Positions 49,530 to 57,806 of a DNA stretch of 64,000 nucleotides are shown here, piece by piece. Both the position numbers and the translations under genes were made by a program. Origin of the DNA: an uncultured Bacilli bacterium (GTDB taxonomy: Bacteria; Bacillota_I; Bacilli_A; RF39; UBA660). The stretch spans positions 11,103-75,102 of the forward strand of contig CAKOXI010000003.1 in the NCBI GenBank assembly GCA_934130045.1, written 5' to 3'. The first letter of the stretch is position 1; every line of letters begins with the position of its first letter. Under the pieces are notes generated by a model. That model saw only the letters and a program-made list of their open reading frames with translations, was not told the DNA's origin and ran no database searches.

Positions 49530-49562
49530 GTATACTTAGATTAGAATAAGTATACTTTTTTT
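49530..49562 (+). terminator. Rho-independent terminator after topA
   Basis: GTATACTTA-GATTAGAA-TAAGTATAC is followed by TTTTTTT. Confidence 0.7.
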
Positions 49563-49573
49563 GGGAGGAATTT

Positions 49574-50248
49574 ATGAAAAAAATTATAATACTATTTTCT
49601 TTAATGTTATGTATAACTGCTTGTTCAATCGATGATAATAAAGTCTCAAATAATATAACTACTACAACTACTACAACAACTAAAGAAGAACCTGTTTATG
49701 TTGATGATAATCCTATTAAATTAGGTTTTTATATGTATTATGGTAGTAATCAAAATAGAAGTCTTATTAGTGAGTATTCAACTAACTGGATATTGAATCA
49801 GGATTTATGTTCCTTAGAGGTTTTTTATACTAATGATAATTTTATACCAGGTAGTAATTTTAGTAATTTATGGAATAGTTATTTTTCTAATTATTCATTA
49901 TCTAATAATTATAAAATTGGGTATAATATTAAATTTGAAACAACTACTGGTGTTATAGATAAAAATATTCTATCTCCTAATGATACTATTGATATTTATA
50001 ATTTTATGCAGATATATTTATATGATGATGTTCATGTTGAACCAAATGTATGGTATAGTCATGTAACAAGTGAGGAATATAATGATGAAACTCTATTAAC
50101 ATCTATTAAACTAACGGGAAGTACTGATACAGATAAAATTACTTCTGATATAGAATTAACGACTTTTACATATTCTAAAGCAGATGATTTTTATAACAAT
50201 CATTATAGAGGTAATAGTAGTTATAAAGTAATAATAAAAAGAAAATAA
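49574..50248 (+). CDS. Lipoprotein of unknown function
   Basis: A signal peptide with the lipobox ITAC (LMLCITACS) is followed by a poly-Thr linker (TTTTTTTT). Confidence 0.65.
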   Translation: MKKIIILFSLMLCITACSIDDNKVSNNITTTTTTTTKEEPVYVDDNPIKLGFYMYYGSNQNRSLISEYSTNWILNQDLCSLEVFYTNDNFIPGSNFSNLWNSYFSNYSLSNNYKIGYNIKFETTTGVIDKNILSPNDTIDIYNFMQIYLYDDVHVEPNVWYSHVTSEEYNDETLLTSIKLTGSTDTDKITSDIELTTFTYSKADDFYNNHYRGNSSYKVIIKRK

Positions 50249-51345
50249 TGGTGAAGTGTATGAATAATGAAAATAATGAATTATTTGCAATGTTAGATTC
50301 TAATAAGAAAAATTTTAATAATACTTATAAAATATATAGAGAAGAATCAAAACAATTTAAAAAAGCTAATAAAATTAATTTTAAATTATTATTTACGACA
50401 TCTTTGATTATTGGAACAATTTCTGTAAGTAGTTTAATGGCTTTAGAAAAAAACACTGTTTCATTAAAGAGTGAGCCATTAAATAGTTATGATATTGTCC
50501 AAAGTACACAAAATAATAGTGTTAATAGTGTAACATATATAAATAATCTAAATAAAGACATAAATATAGAAAATAAAGTTGTTGAACCTGCATTAGAAGA
50601 TAAAATAGAAAAAAGTTATAACATTTATGAAAATAAAAAACTTTTTGATGTAGGTGAAAATCCAGGAATTTATTATGTGAATAATTATATAAATAGTACC
50701 GATTATAATTATTTTAAAAAGTATTCAAAAATGTATGGTGTTGATCCAAATTTGATGGTTGCGATAGGAATGCAAGAAAGTTCACTTAATCATGATGAAT
50801 GCTTACCAGGTGGCAGTTTTTATAATGATTGCGCAATAGGAATTATGCAATTAGAAAAGGGTTGTATTAACGAACTTACAGCTTTTAATTATGAAACCAA
50901 TTGTTATGATACTATTTCTATTACTGACGGGGAAAAGTGTGATATTGATACAAATATAAGAGCTGCTTGTATGTTATTTCAAAATGCGATTGAGAAATAT
51001 AATGGTAATATATTTTTAGCTATTCAATATCATAATTATAATAATATGTTAGATGTTGCATTAGAAAAAACTTCTTTAGAAGCAAATATCAGCACATCAA
51101 ATTTAATAAATAATTATAGTGATATTAAATTTCTAAAGTATATTGATGATATTCATAATAATCCAAGCAAATACTTATCTAATTGGCAATATAAAACTTA
51201 TGGTGATAATGAATATATAAATCACGTATTAAGTTATTGTGTTAGCAATCAAGTAGAATATATGTATAATGGTGAAAAAATATCATTCGATTTAGAATAT
51301 GGTAAAAGTGTTATAAATAATATTCATAGACAAAATAATCATTGA
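50248..51345 (+). CDS. Membrane-anchored lytic transglycosylase (SLT domain) protein
   Basis: It has one TM segment (LLFTTSLIIGTISVSSLMAL), the catalytic block MVAIGMQESSLNH, and AIGIMQL. An alternative start at 50260 follows GGTGAAG. Confidence 0.7.
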   Translation: MVKCMNNENNELFAMLDSNKKNFNNTYKIYREESKQFKKANKINFKLLFTTSLIIGTISVSSLMALEKNTVSLKSEPLNSYDIVQSTQNNSVNSVTYINNLNKDINIENKVVEPALEDKIEKSYNIYENKKLFDVGENPGIYYVNNYINSTDYNYFKKYSKMYGVDPNLMVAIGMQESSLNHDECLPGGSFYNDCAIGIMQLEKGCINELTAFNYETNCYDTISITDGEKCDIDTNIRAACMLFQNAIEKYNGNIFLAIQYHNYNNMLDVALEKTSLEANISTSNLINNYSDIKFLKYIDDIHNNPSKYLSNWQYKTYGDNEYINHVLSYCVSNQVEYMYNGEKISFDLEYGKSVINNIHRQNNH

Positions 51346-51391
51346 CTTTATTAAAATATATTGTATAATAAATGCCAAGTGAAGTGGTAAA

Positions 51392-52429
51392 ATGTACGGT
51401 GAATGGAATATTGATAATATATTAGATGAATTAAAAAGATTAGAAAAATATTTTTATATTTGTGATGATGAAGAAGATAAAATAAAAATAATTCTTAGTA
51501 TAAATAAATATTTAGAATTATTAAAAATAAAAAAACATGATTTAAGTAAATTAAAGTTTAATAAAAGAATTAATAGTGAGTATACAGAAAAATTAATCAA
51601 TAATTTAGATGAAAATTTAATTGTTGCTGATAATCAAGTAAAAAATAATATTCGTGATTTTAAAAAATTAATTAACTCTATTAATAAATTAAATATTAAA
51701 TTTAATACTATTTATATTGATTATGAGGATTTAAATATGCCTTTATCTATTGATTATATTTGTAAATTTTTAAGCGAATTTAAAAGTGATTTGTATGAAC
51801 ACTTTAATGATGTTTTCAAAAATAATTATATTAATTTTTTTAATAAAGAATGTAAGGATTATAGTGGAGCATGTTATTATATTCCATTTAATAATAAAAA
51901 TTATATAAATATATATAGTGAAGGTAATTATAAAATTGCGCCATCTATAGTTCATGAATTAGGTCATTCATATGAGAATAATTACCAAAAAAGTAATAAA
52001 TTATGGCTGCATAATATAAGTTTATATTCAGAAGTTTTTTCAAATTTTCTATGTTTATTATTTGATCAATATTTAAAGGATACTAAATGTTTTTATCAAG
52101 GATTAATTGATAACAATTCATTCATAACTACCTGTTATAATTTGTCAAATGATTTAACAGAATATATATACTCAGGTGAATACAAAAATATAGATGAATT
52201 ATATGATTTTATATTTTTATTAGGAGGAAATATTGCTTTAGCTTTTTTAGAACAATATAATACTAATAAAAAGGAAGCATTAAAGAATATTGATTATTTC
52301 TTAGAAAAAAATGATTCTGATTTTTCTAATCATTTATTAAAAAGTGTTGATATAGATATAAAGAAACTTTATTCTGCTACTTATTTAAATGAATATGCTG
52401 CAAAATGTAATAAATTAAAAGGAAGATAG
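51392..52429 (+). CDS. HExxH metallopeptidase-like protein (short, M3/PepF-like motif)
   Basis: SIVHELGHSYE with a downstream LYSEVFSN resembles the M3B zinc site. At 345 aa it is much shorter than PepF. Confidence 0.45.
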   Translation: MYGEWNIDNILDELKRLEKYFYICDDEEDKIKIILSINKYLELLKIKKHDLSKLKFNKRINSEYTEKLINNLDENLIVADNQVKNNIRDFKKLINSINKLNIKFNTIYIDYEDLNMPLSIDYICKFLSEFKSDLYEHFNDVFKNNYINFFNKECKDYSGACYYIPFNNKNYINIYSEGNYKIAPSIVHELGHSYENNYQKSNKLWLHNISLYSEVFSNFLCLLFDQYLKDTKCFYQGLIDNNSFITTCYNLSNDLTEYIYSGEYKNIDELYDFIFLLGGNIALAFLEQYNTNKKEALKNIDYFLEKNDSDFSNHLLKSVDIDIKKLYSATYLNEYAAKCNKLKGR

Positions 52430-53206
52430 GTGCTTTTAATGGAAAGATATTTAAGTATTGTACTTGATCAGAATTGCAATATAAGTAAAACACTTGTTAA
52501 AAAAGAAAAAAATTCCCTAGATTCATTCATTTTAAATAATTTTAGTAATTCTATGGAGATTCGTGATTTTTATAAGGAAGATATTGAAACGTTTTTGTCT
52601 GAACATAAAAATACAATATATAATATTTCTGAAAAAACAGGAAAAAAATATAGAGGACAAATTGTTATTTTGGAACTTTTAGATGATCTTTCTTTAAGGA
52701 GAGTTAAGGTATTATATAAAAGTGATTTAAAAAGTGTAAGAGAAATTTTAAAAGATCAATATTTTATGAGAAATTTTGTTTTAAGTAACTATAGTTTTTT
52801 TTCAAGTTATGTTTATAATAAAATAAAATATAATTTAAGCAAAACTGAATTTCAGTATATGATAAATGAATGGTTAAAAAATTTTAAAAATAATGATCAA
52901 TATTTCGATGTATGTAGACTTATTTTAAAGAAATATGCAGAATTTAATAAAAAAACATTTAATAATAAAAATAGTGTTTTAAATGTTGTTGAAAGTAAAA
53001 CTGTCGATTTAACTGATATAAATAATGAATATGATCCAGATATTGATTATCATCCTGATTTAGATGATGAAATAAAATTAAAAAAAATAGAAGAACAAGA
53101 ATTAGAAGATAATTTAATTAAAGAAAATTGTAATATTAAAAAATTAGTCAAGAAAAAAGAAAATAATAATTTTGAAGAATTTGAACAACTTACTTTTTTT
53201 GATTAA
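52430..53206 (+). CDS. Hypothetical protein with an acidic C-terminal region
   Basis: The ORF abuts the upstream stop, with a GTG start or an ATG at 52439. I recognise no family. A terminator hairpin CATTTTATA/TATAAAATG plus T-run follows. Confidence 0.45.
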   Translation: MLLMERYLSIVLDQNCNISKTLVKKEKNSLDSFILNNFSNSMEIRDFYKEDIETFLSEHKNTIYNISEKTGKKYRGQIVILELLDDLSLRRVKVLYKSDLKSVREILKDQYFMRNFVLSNYSFFSSYVYNKIKYNLSKTEFQYMINEWLKNFKNNDQYFDVCRLILKKYAEFNKKTFNNKNSVLNVVESKTVDLTDINNEYDPDIDYHPDLDDEIKLKKIEEQELEDNLIKENCNIKKLVKKKENNNFEEFEQLTFFD

Positions 53207-53273
53207 ATTTTATTAAAATGCATTTTATATTTTATAAAATGTTTTTTTATGATATAATTTTCATGGTGATAAT

Positions 53274-54548
53274 ATGAATATAATAGATATAATTAATAAA
53301 AAAAGAATGAATGGTGAATTAAGTTTAGATGAATTAAAATTTGTTGTTAATGGATTTTTAGATGGTACAGTTTTAGATTGCCAAATGAGTTCCTTACTTA
53401 TGGCAATTGTTTTAAATGGTATGACAGAAGAAGAAACTTTTAATTTAACTGATGTAATGCTTGAAAGTGGGCATGTTATAGATTTAAGTAATATCGATGG
53501 TATTAAGGTTGATAAACATTCAACAGGAGGAGTTGGAGATAAAACTTCTTTAATACTTGTTCCTCTAGTTGCATCATGTGGGGTTAAAGTTGCAAAAATG
53601 AGTGGAAGAAGTTTAGGTCATACTGGTGGTACTATAGATAAATTAGAATCAATAGATGGATTTAATGTCAATTTAACTAATGAACAATTTATTAATCAAG
53701 TAAATAATGTTGGTTGTGCACTTGTAAGTCAAACGAAAGAATTAGTTCCAGCTGATAAAAAAATATATGCATTAAGAGATTTAACTGGTACTGTAGAATC
53801 AATCCCTTTAATAGCGTCAAGTATTATGAGTAAAAAATTAGCAAGTGGGGTAGACAAAATAGTTATTGATGTAAAAGTTGGTAATGCTGCTTTTATGAAG
53901 AATTTGGAAAGTGCTAGAAAGTTAGCTAATTTAATGGTTAAAATTGGAAAAAATAAGGGAAGAGATACAATATGTGTTTTAACTAATATGGATGAACCTT
54001 TAGGAAACAATATCGGTAATGCTCTAGAAGTTAGAGAGAGTATAGAAGTATTAAAAGGTAATGGACCAAGCGATTTAAAAGAAATAATTTTAACTTTATC
54101 ATCATTGATGGTTAGTTTAGGAAAAAATATTGATATGTATTCTGATTTAGAACAAGTAAAACAAAATTTATCTAATGGAGAGGCATATAATAAATTTGAG
54201 GAAATGGTTTCTGCTCAAAATGGTAACTTGAATAATATTCCTGTTTCAAAACATGTTTTCTCAGTAAAAAGTAAAAAAACAGGATTTATAAACAAAATTG
54301 ATGCTTATAAATTAGGAATGCTAGAAAGAGAAATGGGCGATTCAAGATTTAATCAAAAAGATATAATTGATTATACTGTTGGATTTATTTTAAATAAAAA
54401 GGTTGGAGATTATGTTTTAGAAGATGAAGAATTAATAAAAGTATATTTAAATACAAATGATGTTAATGTTAAAGAAATTCTTGATTGTTTTGAAATAGAT
54501 AATAATTCTGTACCAAAAAAACCATTAATATATGAAATAATAAAATAA
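53274..54548 (+). CDS. pdp: Pyrimidine-nucleoside (thymidine) phosphorylase
   Basis: IIDIINKKRMNGELSLDELKFVVNGF, VDKHSTGGVGDKTSL and SGRSLGHTGGTIDKLESI are present. Confidence 0.93.
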   Translation: MNIIDIINKKRMNGELSLDELKFVVNGFLDGTVLDCQMSSLLMAIVLNGMTEEETFNLTDVMLESGHVIDLSNIDGIKVDKHSTGGVGDKTSLILVPLVASCGVKVAKMSGRSLGHTGGTIDKLESIDGFNVNLTNEQFINQVNNVGCALVSQTKELVPADKKIYALRDLTGTVESIPLIASSIMSKKLASGVDKIVIDVKVGNAAFMKNLESARKLANLMVKIGKNKGRDTICVLTNMDEPLGNNIGNALEVRESIEVLKGNGPSDLKEIILTLSSLMVSLGKNIDMYSDLEQVKQNLSNGEAYNKFEEMVSAQNGNLNNIPVSKHVFSVKSKKTGFINKIDAYKLGMLEREMGDSRFNQKDIIDYTVGFILNKKVGDYVLEDEELIKVYLNTNDVNVKEILDCFEIDNNSVPKKPLIYEIIK

Positions 54549-54654
54549 AACTTAAGATTATCTTAAGTTTTAATGTCAATAAATGTCAAAACAATGGTTT
54601 TTGCTTGAAAGATATTTAAATATATTATAATATAAAAATAGGGAGTGTGATAGA

Positions 54655-54849
54655 ATGATATATCCTTCAATTGACAAATTATTAAATAAAGTTGGTTCAA
54701 AATATTTATTAGTAAATATTGTTTCTAAAAGAGTTAAACAAATGGAAGAAACAAATTATTATCAATTAAAAAATAATGAATATGTTTCTAAAAAAAACAT
54801 TGGTAGAGCTTTAGAGGAAATATCAAAAGACATGATACATTTGAAATAA
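54655..54849 (+). CDS. rpoZ: DNA-directed RNA polymerase subunit omega
   Basis: MIYPSIDKLLNKVGSKYLLVNIVSKRVKQM is the typical omega N-terminus. 64 aa. Confidence 0.8.
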   Translation: MIYPSIDKLLNKVGSKYLLVNIVSKRVKQMEETNYYQLKNNEYVSKKNIGRALEEISKDMIHLK

Positions 54850-54859
54850 TGTATTTTTT

Positions 54860-55168
54860 TTAGAAAATTTTTTCATTAATTTTAAAGCTTGTTGTGTTAG
54901 CTTTAAATTCAAATATGCCGTAAACATTTTTTTTAGGTAATAATATTTTCCATGGTTTCATATTTTTTTTAATAAATATGATTTTATAATTTTTATCAAC
55001 CATATAAACATCAATATTAAATCGCATAAAAAATGTATGAATGCTACTGCATTTTGGAAAAAAAAGTCCGTAATCTATATCTTTTTTTAACATTAATCCT
55101 ATTAATCTATCTTTAAAATTTGTACATTTTTTAATTTTTATTTCATTATTATTATAAATAACTTTCAT
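54860..55168 (-). CDS. DUF192 domain protein
   Basis: 102 aa. RLIGLM...GLFFPKCSSIHTFFMRFNIDVYMVDKNYKI matches the DUF192 pattern. Confidence 0.7.
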   Translation of the reverse strand: MKVIYNNNEIKIKKCTNFKDRLIGLMLKKDIDYGLFFPKCSSIHTFFMRFNIDVYMVDKNYKIIFIKKNMKPWKILLPKKNVYGIFEFKANTTSFKINEKIF

Positions 55169-55204
55169 AATTTCACCAAATTAAGTATAACATAAAAAAT
55201 TTGT

Positions 55205-55233
55205 TTGACAAATAGCAAAAAAAAGTATACACT
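55205..55233 (+). promoter_or_regulatory. Sigma-A promoter of the flp pilin gene
   Basis: TTGACA (55205-55210), a 17-nt spacer, then TACACT (55228-55233). Confidence 0.55.
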
Positions 55234-55260
55234 TAATTTAGATATATTATGGAGGTATGT

Positions 55261-55458
55261 ATGAGATTAAATAATAAAGGACAAGCGTTAGTTGAATATA
55301 TATTGATTATTGCGGTAATAAGTGTTGTTGTCGTTAGTATTGTAAAATTATTAGGTGGATATTTACAAGATTCAATGACAAAGTCTTCTTGTGCATTAGT
55401 AGATAAAGTTTATGTAGAAGGAAGTAAACCTGGAGAAGGAACTTGTGTTGATCAGTAA
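55261..55458 (+). CDS. flp: Flp-family type IVb (Tad) prepilin
   Basis: MRLNNKG|QALVEYILIIAVISVVVVSIV carries the G/xxxxEY processing motif and a hydrophobic helix. 65 aa with two C-terminal Cys. GGAGG lies 5 nt before the ATG at 55261. Confidence 0.8.
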   Translation: MRLNNKGQALVEYILIIAVISVVVVSIVKLLGGYLQDSMTKSSCALVDKVYVEGSKPGEGTCVDQ

Positions 55459-55482
55459 TTAAAGATTAAAAAATTAATATGT

Positions 55483-55517
55483 AGAAGTGAGTTTTAATAA
55501 TTCACTTTTTCTTTTTT
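55483..55517 (+). terminator. Rho-independent terminator after flp
   Basis: The stem AGAAGTGA / TCACTTTT has one G-U pair and is followed by a T-rich run. Confidence 0.55.
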
Positions 55518-55544
55518 ATAACACTATTTTTAAGGAGATTTATT

Positions 55545-56216
55545 ATGAATAATTTTATTAATGATTGGAATTTTTTACCAAAAAAATTATCAAAAGAAGA
55601 ATTAAAGGGATTAATTATAGAAGCAGGAAATGGATCTCGTACAGCTAGAAAAAAATTAATAATTTCTAATATGAGATTAGTTTTATATGAGGTTAGAAGT
55701 AAATTTTCAAATGTTGATTATGATAAAAACGACTTAGTTTCTATAGGAACAATTGGTTTAATTAAAGCTATTGACAGTTATAATATAAATAAGAGTTATG
55801 AATTTAGTACTTATGCAGTTCGTTGTATAGATAATGAAATATTGATATTTGTAGGGAAGTTAAAAAGAAATAATAATGATAGTATTAATAGGGTAATATT
55901 CAGTTCAAAGGAAGACTGTTGTTATAAAGTAGAAGATACAATTGCTAGCGACTTTGATATGAACGAATATGTTGATTCATTAGAAAAATATCAATATATT
56001 GATTATTTAATTAATAATTTAAAAGATCGTGATAGAGAAATAATAAAATTATATTTTGGTTTTTATAATAATAAATTATATAATCAAAAAGAAATAGCTA
56101 AAATATATAATATTGATCCATCTACGATTTCAAAAATAATTTCTAGAGTATTAAAACAATTAAAAGAAGAATTATTATTTTATGATAATGATGAAATAAA
56201 AAGATATATAAAATAA
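55545..56216 (+). CDS. Sigma-70 family sigma factor of the SigE/SigK (mother-cell sporulation) type, without a pro-sequence
   Basis: FLPKKLSKEELKGLI...ARKKLIISNMRLVLYEV...NDLVSIGTIGLIKAIDSYN...FSTYAVRCIDNEILIF parallels region 1.2-2.4 of SigE/SigK. The region 4.2 HTH is QKEIAKIYNIDPSTISKIISRV. Confidence 0.75.
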   Translation: MNNFINDWNFLPKKLSKEELKGLIIEAGNGSRTARKKLIISNMRLVLYEVRSKFSNVDYDKNDLVSIGTIGLIKAIDSYNINKSYEFSTYAVRCIDNEILIFVGKLKRNNNDSINRVIFSSKEDCCYKVEDTIASDFDMNEYVDSLEKYQYIDYLINNLKDRDREIIKLYFGFYNNKLYNQKEIAKIYNIDPSTISKIISRVLKQLKEELLFYDNDEIKRYIK

Positions 56217-56243
56217 ATATTTAGAATATAATTAATGAATCGT

Positions 56244-56269
56244 TCAAAGTAGAATACTTTGATTTTTTT
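56244..56269 (+). terminator. Rho-independent terminator after the sigma factor gene
   Basis: TCAAAGTA-GAA-TACTTTGA is a perfect 8-bp stem followed by TTTTTTT. Confidence 0.7.
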
Positions 56270-56270
56270 C

Positions 56271-56299
56271 TTGTGAAAAAATACATATTTTGATATAAT
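56271..56299 (+). promoter_or_regulatory. Sigma-A (extended -10) promoter of the tadE-tadC operon
   Basis: TTGTGA (56271-56276), a 17-nt spacer ending in TGA, then TATAAT (56294-56299). Confidence 0.55.
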
Positions 56300-56325
56300 T
56301 AAATAAGATATAGGGTAGGGATTTT

Positions 56326-56667
56326 ATGAGGTTAAATAATAAAGGACAAGCACTGGTTGAATTTGTTATAATTGCGCCTATTTTGATATTTATTATTATG
56401 TCAATTATAGATGTTGGAAACATTGTTTTAAAAAAAATGAAGTTAGAAGATAATTTAAATACTGTAGTTGAATTATATGAGAAAGGAAATTATGAAGTTA
56501 TTAGTTCACTTTCTAATAAGGAGTCATTTAACTATGATTTAAATAAACAAAATAATATGACAGTTATTACTTTAAAACAAGATATTAAAGTTAACACACC
56601 CTTTTTAAATTTGATTTTAAAAGATAATTACAAAATTAAAACCAGTAGGACTATTTATGATGAATAA
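56326..56667 (+). CDS. tadE: TadE-like pseudopilin
   Basis: MRLNNKGQALVEFVIIAPILIFIIMSIIDVGN has the same leader as Flp and a TadE-type hydrophobic N-terminus. Confidence 0.75.
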   Translation: MRLNNKGQALVEFVIIAPILIFIIMSIIDVGNIVLKKMKLEDNLNTVVELYEKGNYEVISSLSNKESFNYDLNKQNNMTVITLKQDIKVNTPFLNLILKDNYKIKTSRTIYDE

Positions 56668-57040
56668 TAAAGGTCAAACATTAGTAATATTTGTTTTGAT
56701 TTTACCCCTTATCCTATTAATTATTAGTATATTATTTAGCTATGGTAATTTATTGTTAACAAAAAAACAAATAGAAAATAATATAGTTTATACGATAAAT
56801 TATTATTTTGATCATGAATATGAAAATAGAAATGAATCAAATATGGAAGAAATAAAAAATAAATTAAAATATATAATTGAAAAAAATATAAAATATGATA
56901 ATTTAATTATTGAAATAAAAGATGATAGTATTGATATTAGTATAGAAAAACAAATAAATAATTTATTTGTTAATAAAAATATAATTATAAATTATTATGG
57001 TTATTTGTTTAATTCAGAAAAGGTTATAAAGAGGCGATAA
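56657..57040 (+). CDS. TadE/TadG-like pilus assembly protein (pseudopilin)
   Basis: MMNNKGQTLVIFVLILPLILLIISILFSYGN has a Tad-like N-terminal motif. Confidence 0.65.
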   Translation: MMNNKGQTLVIFVLILPLILLIISILFSYGNLLLTKKQIENNIVYTINYYFDHEYENRNESNMEEIKNKLKYIIEKNIKYDNLIIEIKDDSIDISIEKQINNLFVNKNIIINYYGYLFNSEKVIKRR

Positions 57041-57041
57041 T

Positions 57042-57806
57042 ATGGCAGTTAAGCAAGGAAAAGTTTTAACAATTACTTCAGTAAAAGGTGGGGTTGGAAA
57101 AACCACAAATATATTAAATATTGCAGGAATTTTAAGTAATATTGGTAAAAAAGTTTTAATTATTGATTTGGATTTATATTCTGGTGGTGTTGCATGTGCA
57201 CTTAACATAAATAATGACAAAGATTTATTTTTACTTGTTAATGATATGAATAATAATAAGTTTGATTATTTAGAAAATTATATTGTAAAATATTCTAATA
57301 ATATTGATGTTATACCAGCACCAATTGATCCTAGAGATGCGACTAAAATTAATCCTAAATATTTAAATGTAGTTATATCAAAAGCAAAAATGAAGTATGA
57401 TATAGTTTTGATTGATACTAATCATTTATTAACGGATCATAATTTAGTTATATTAGATAATAGTGATGAATTATTATATTTTATTACTAATGATTTAATT
57501 GACTTAAAAAATATGAAATCTATGACTTCGATATTTAGGGATATGGAAATGGATAATTATAAAGTAATTTTAAATAATTCTTTGAATAATAAAAAAATAT
57601 TTAATAACTATGACATTAAAACAATGATAAAGTCTAAGATTTCTTTAGAAATACCAAAGTCATTTTATGAAAAAAATATTGAACAATATGTAGTTGATGG
57701 TAAAATTTTGACACTTGACCCTAAATTTATAAAAAAACATAAAAAAGAGATTAAAATATATCAGGATTTTCTAGAAGAATTGATAAAAAAGAAGGTGAAT
57801 AAATAA
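57042..57806 (+). CDS. tadZ: CpaE/TadZ-like ParA/MinD-family ATPase
   Basis: The deviant Walker A is VLTITSVKGGVGKTTNILNIAG. It is 254 aa and has no receiver-like N-domain. Confidence 0.75.
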   Translation: MAVKQGKVLTITSVKGGVGKTTNILNIAGILSNIGKKVLIIDLDLYSGGVACALNINNDKDLFLLVNDMNNNKFDYLENYIVKYSNNIDVIPAPIDPRDATKINPKYLNVVISKAKMKYDIVLIDTNHLLTDHNLVILDNSDELLYFITNDLIDLKNMKSMTSIFRDMEMDNYKVILNNSLNNKKIFNNYDIKTMIKSKISLEIPKSFYEKNIEQYVVDGKILTLDPKFIKKHKKEIKIYQDFLEELIKKKVNK

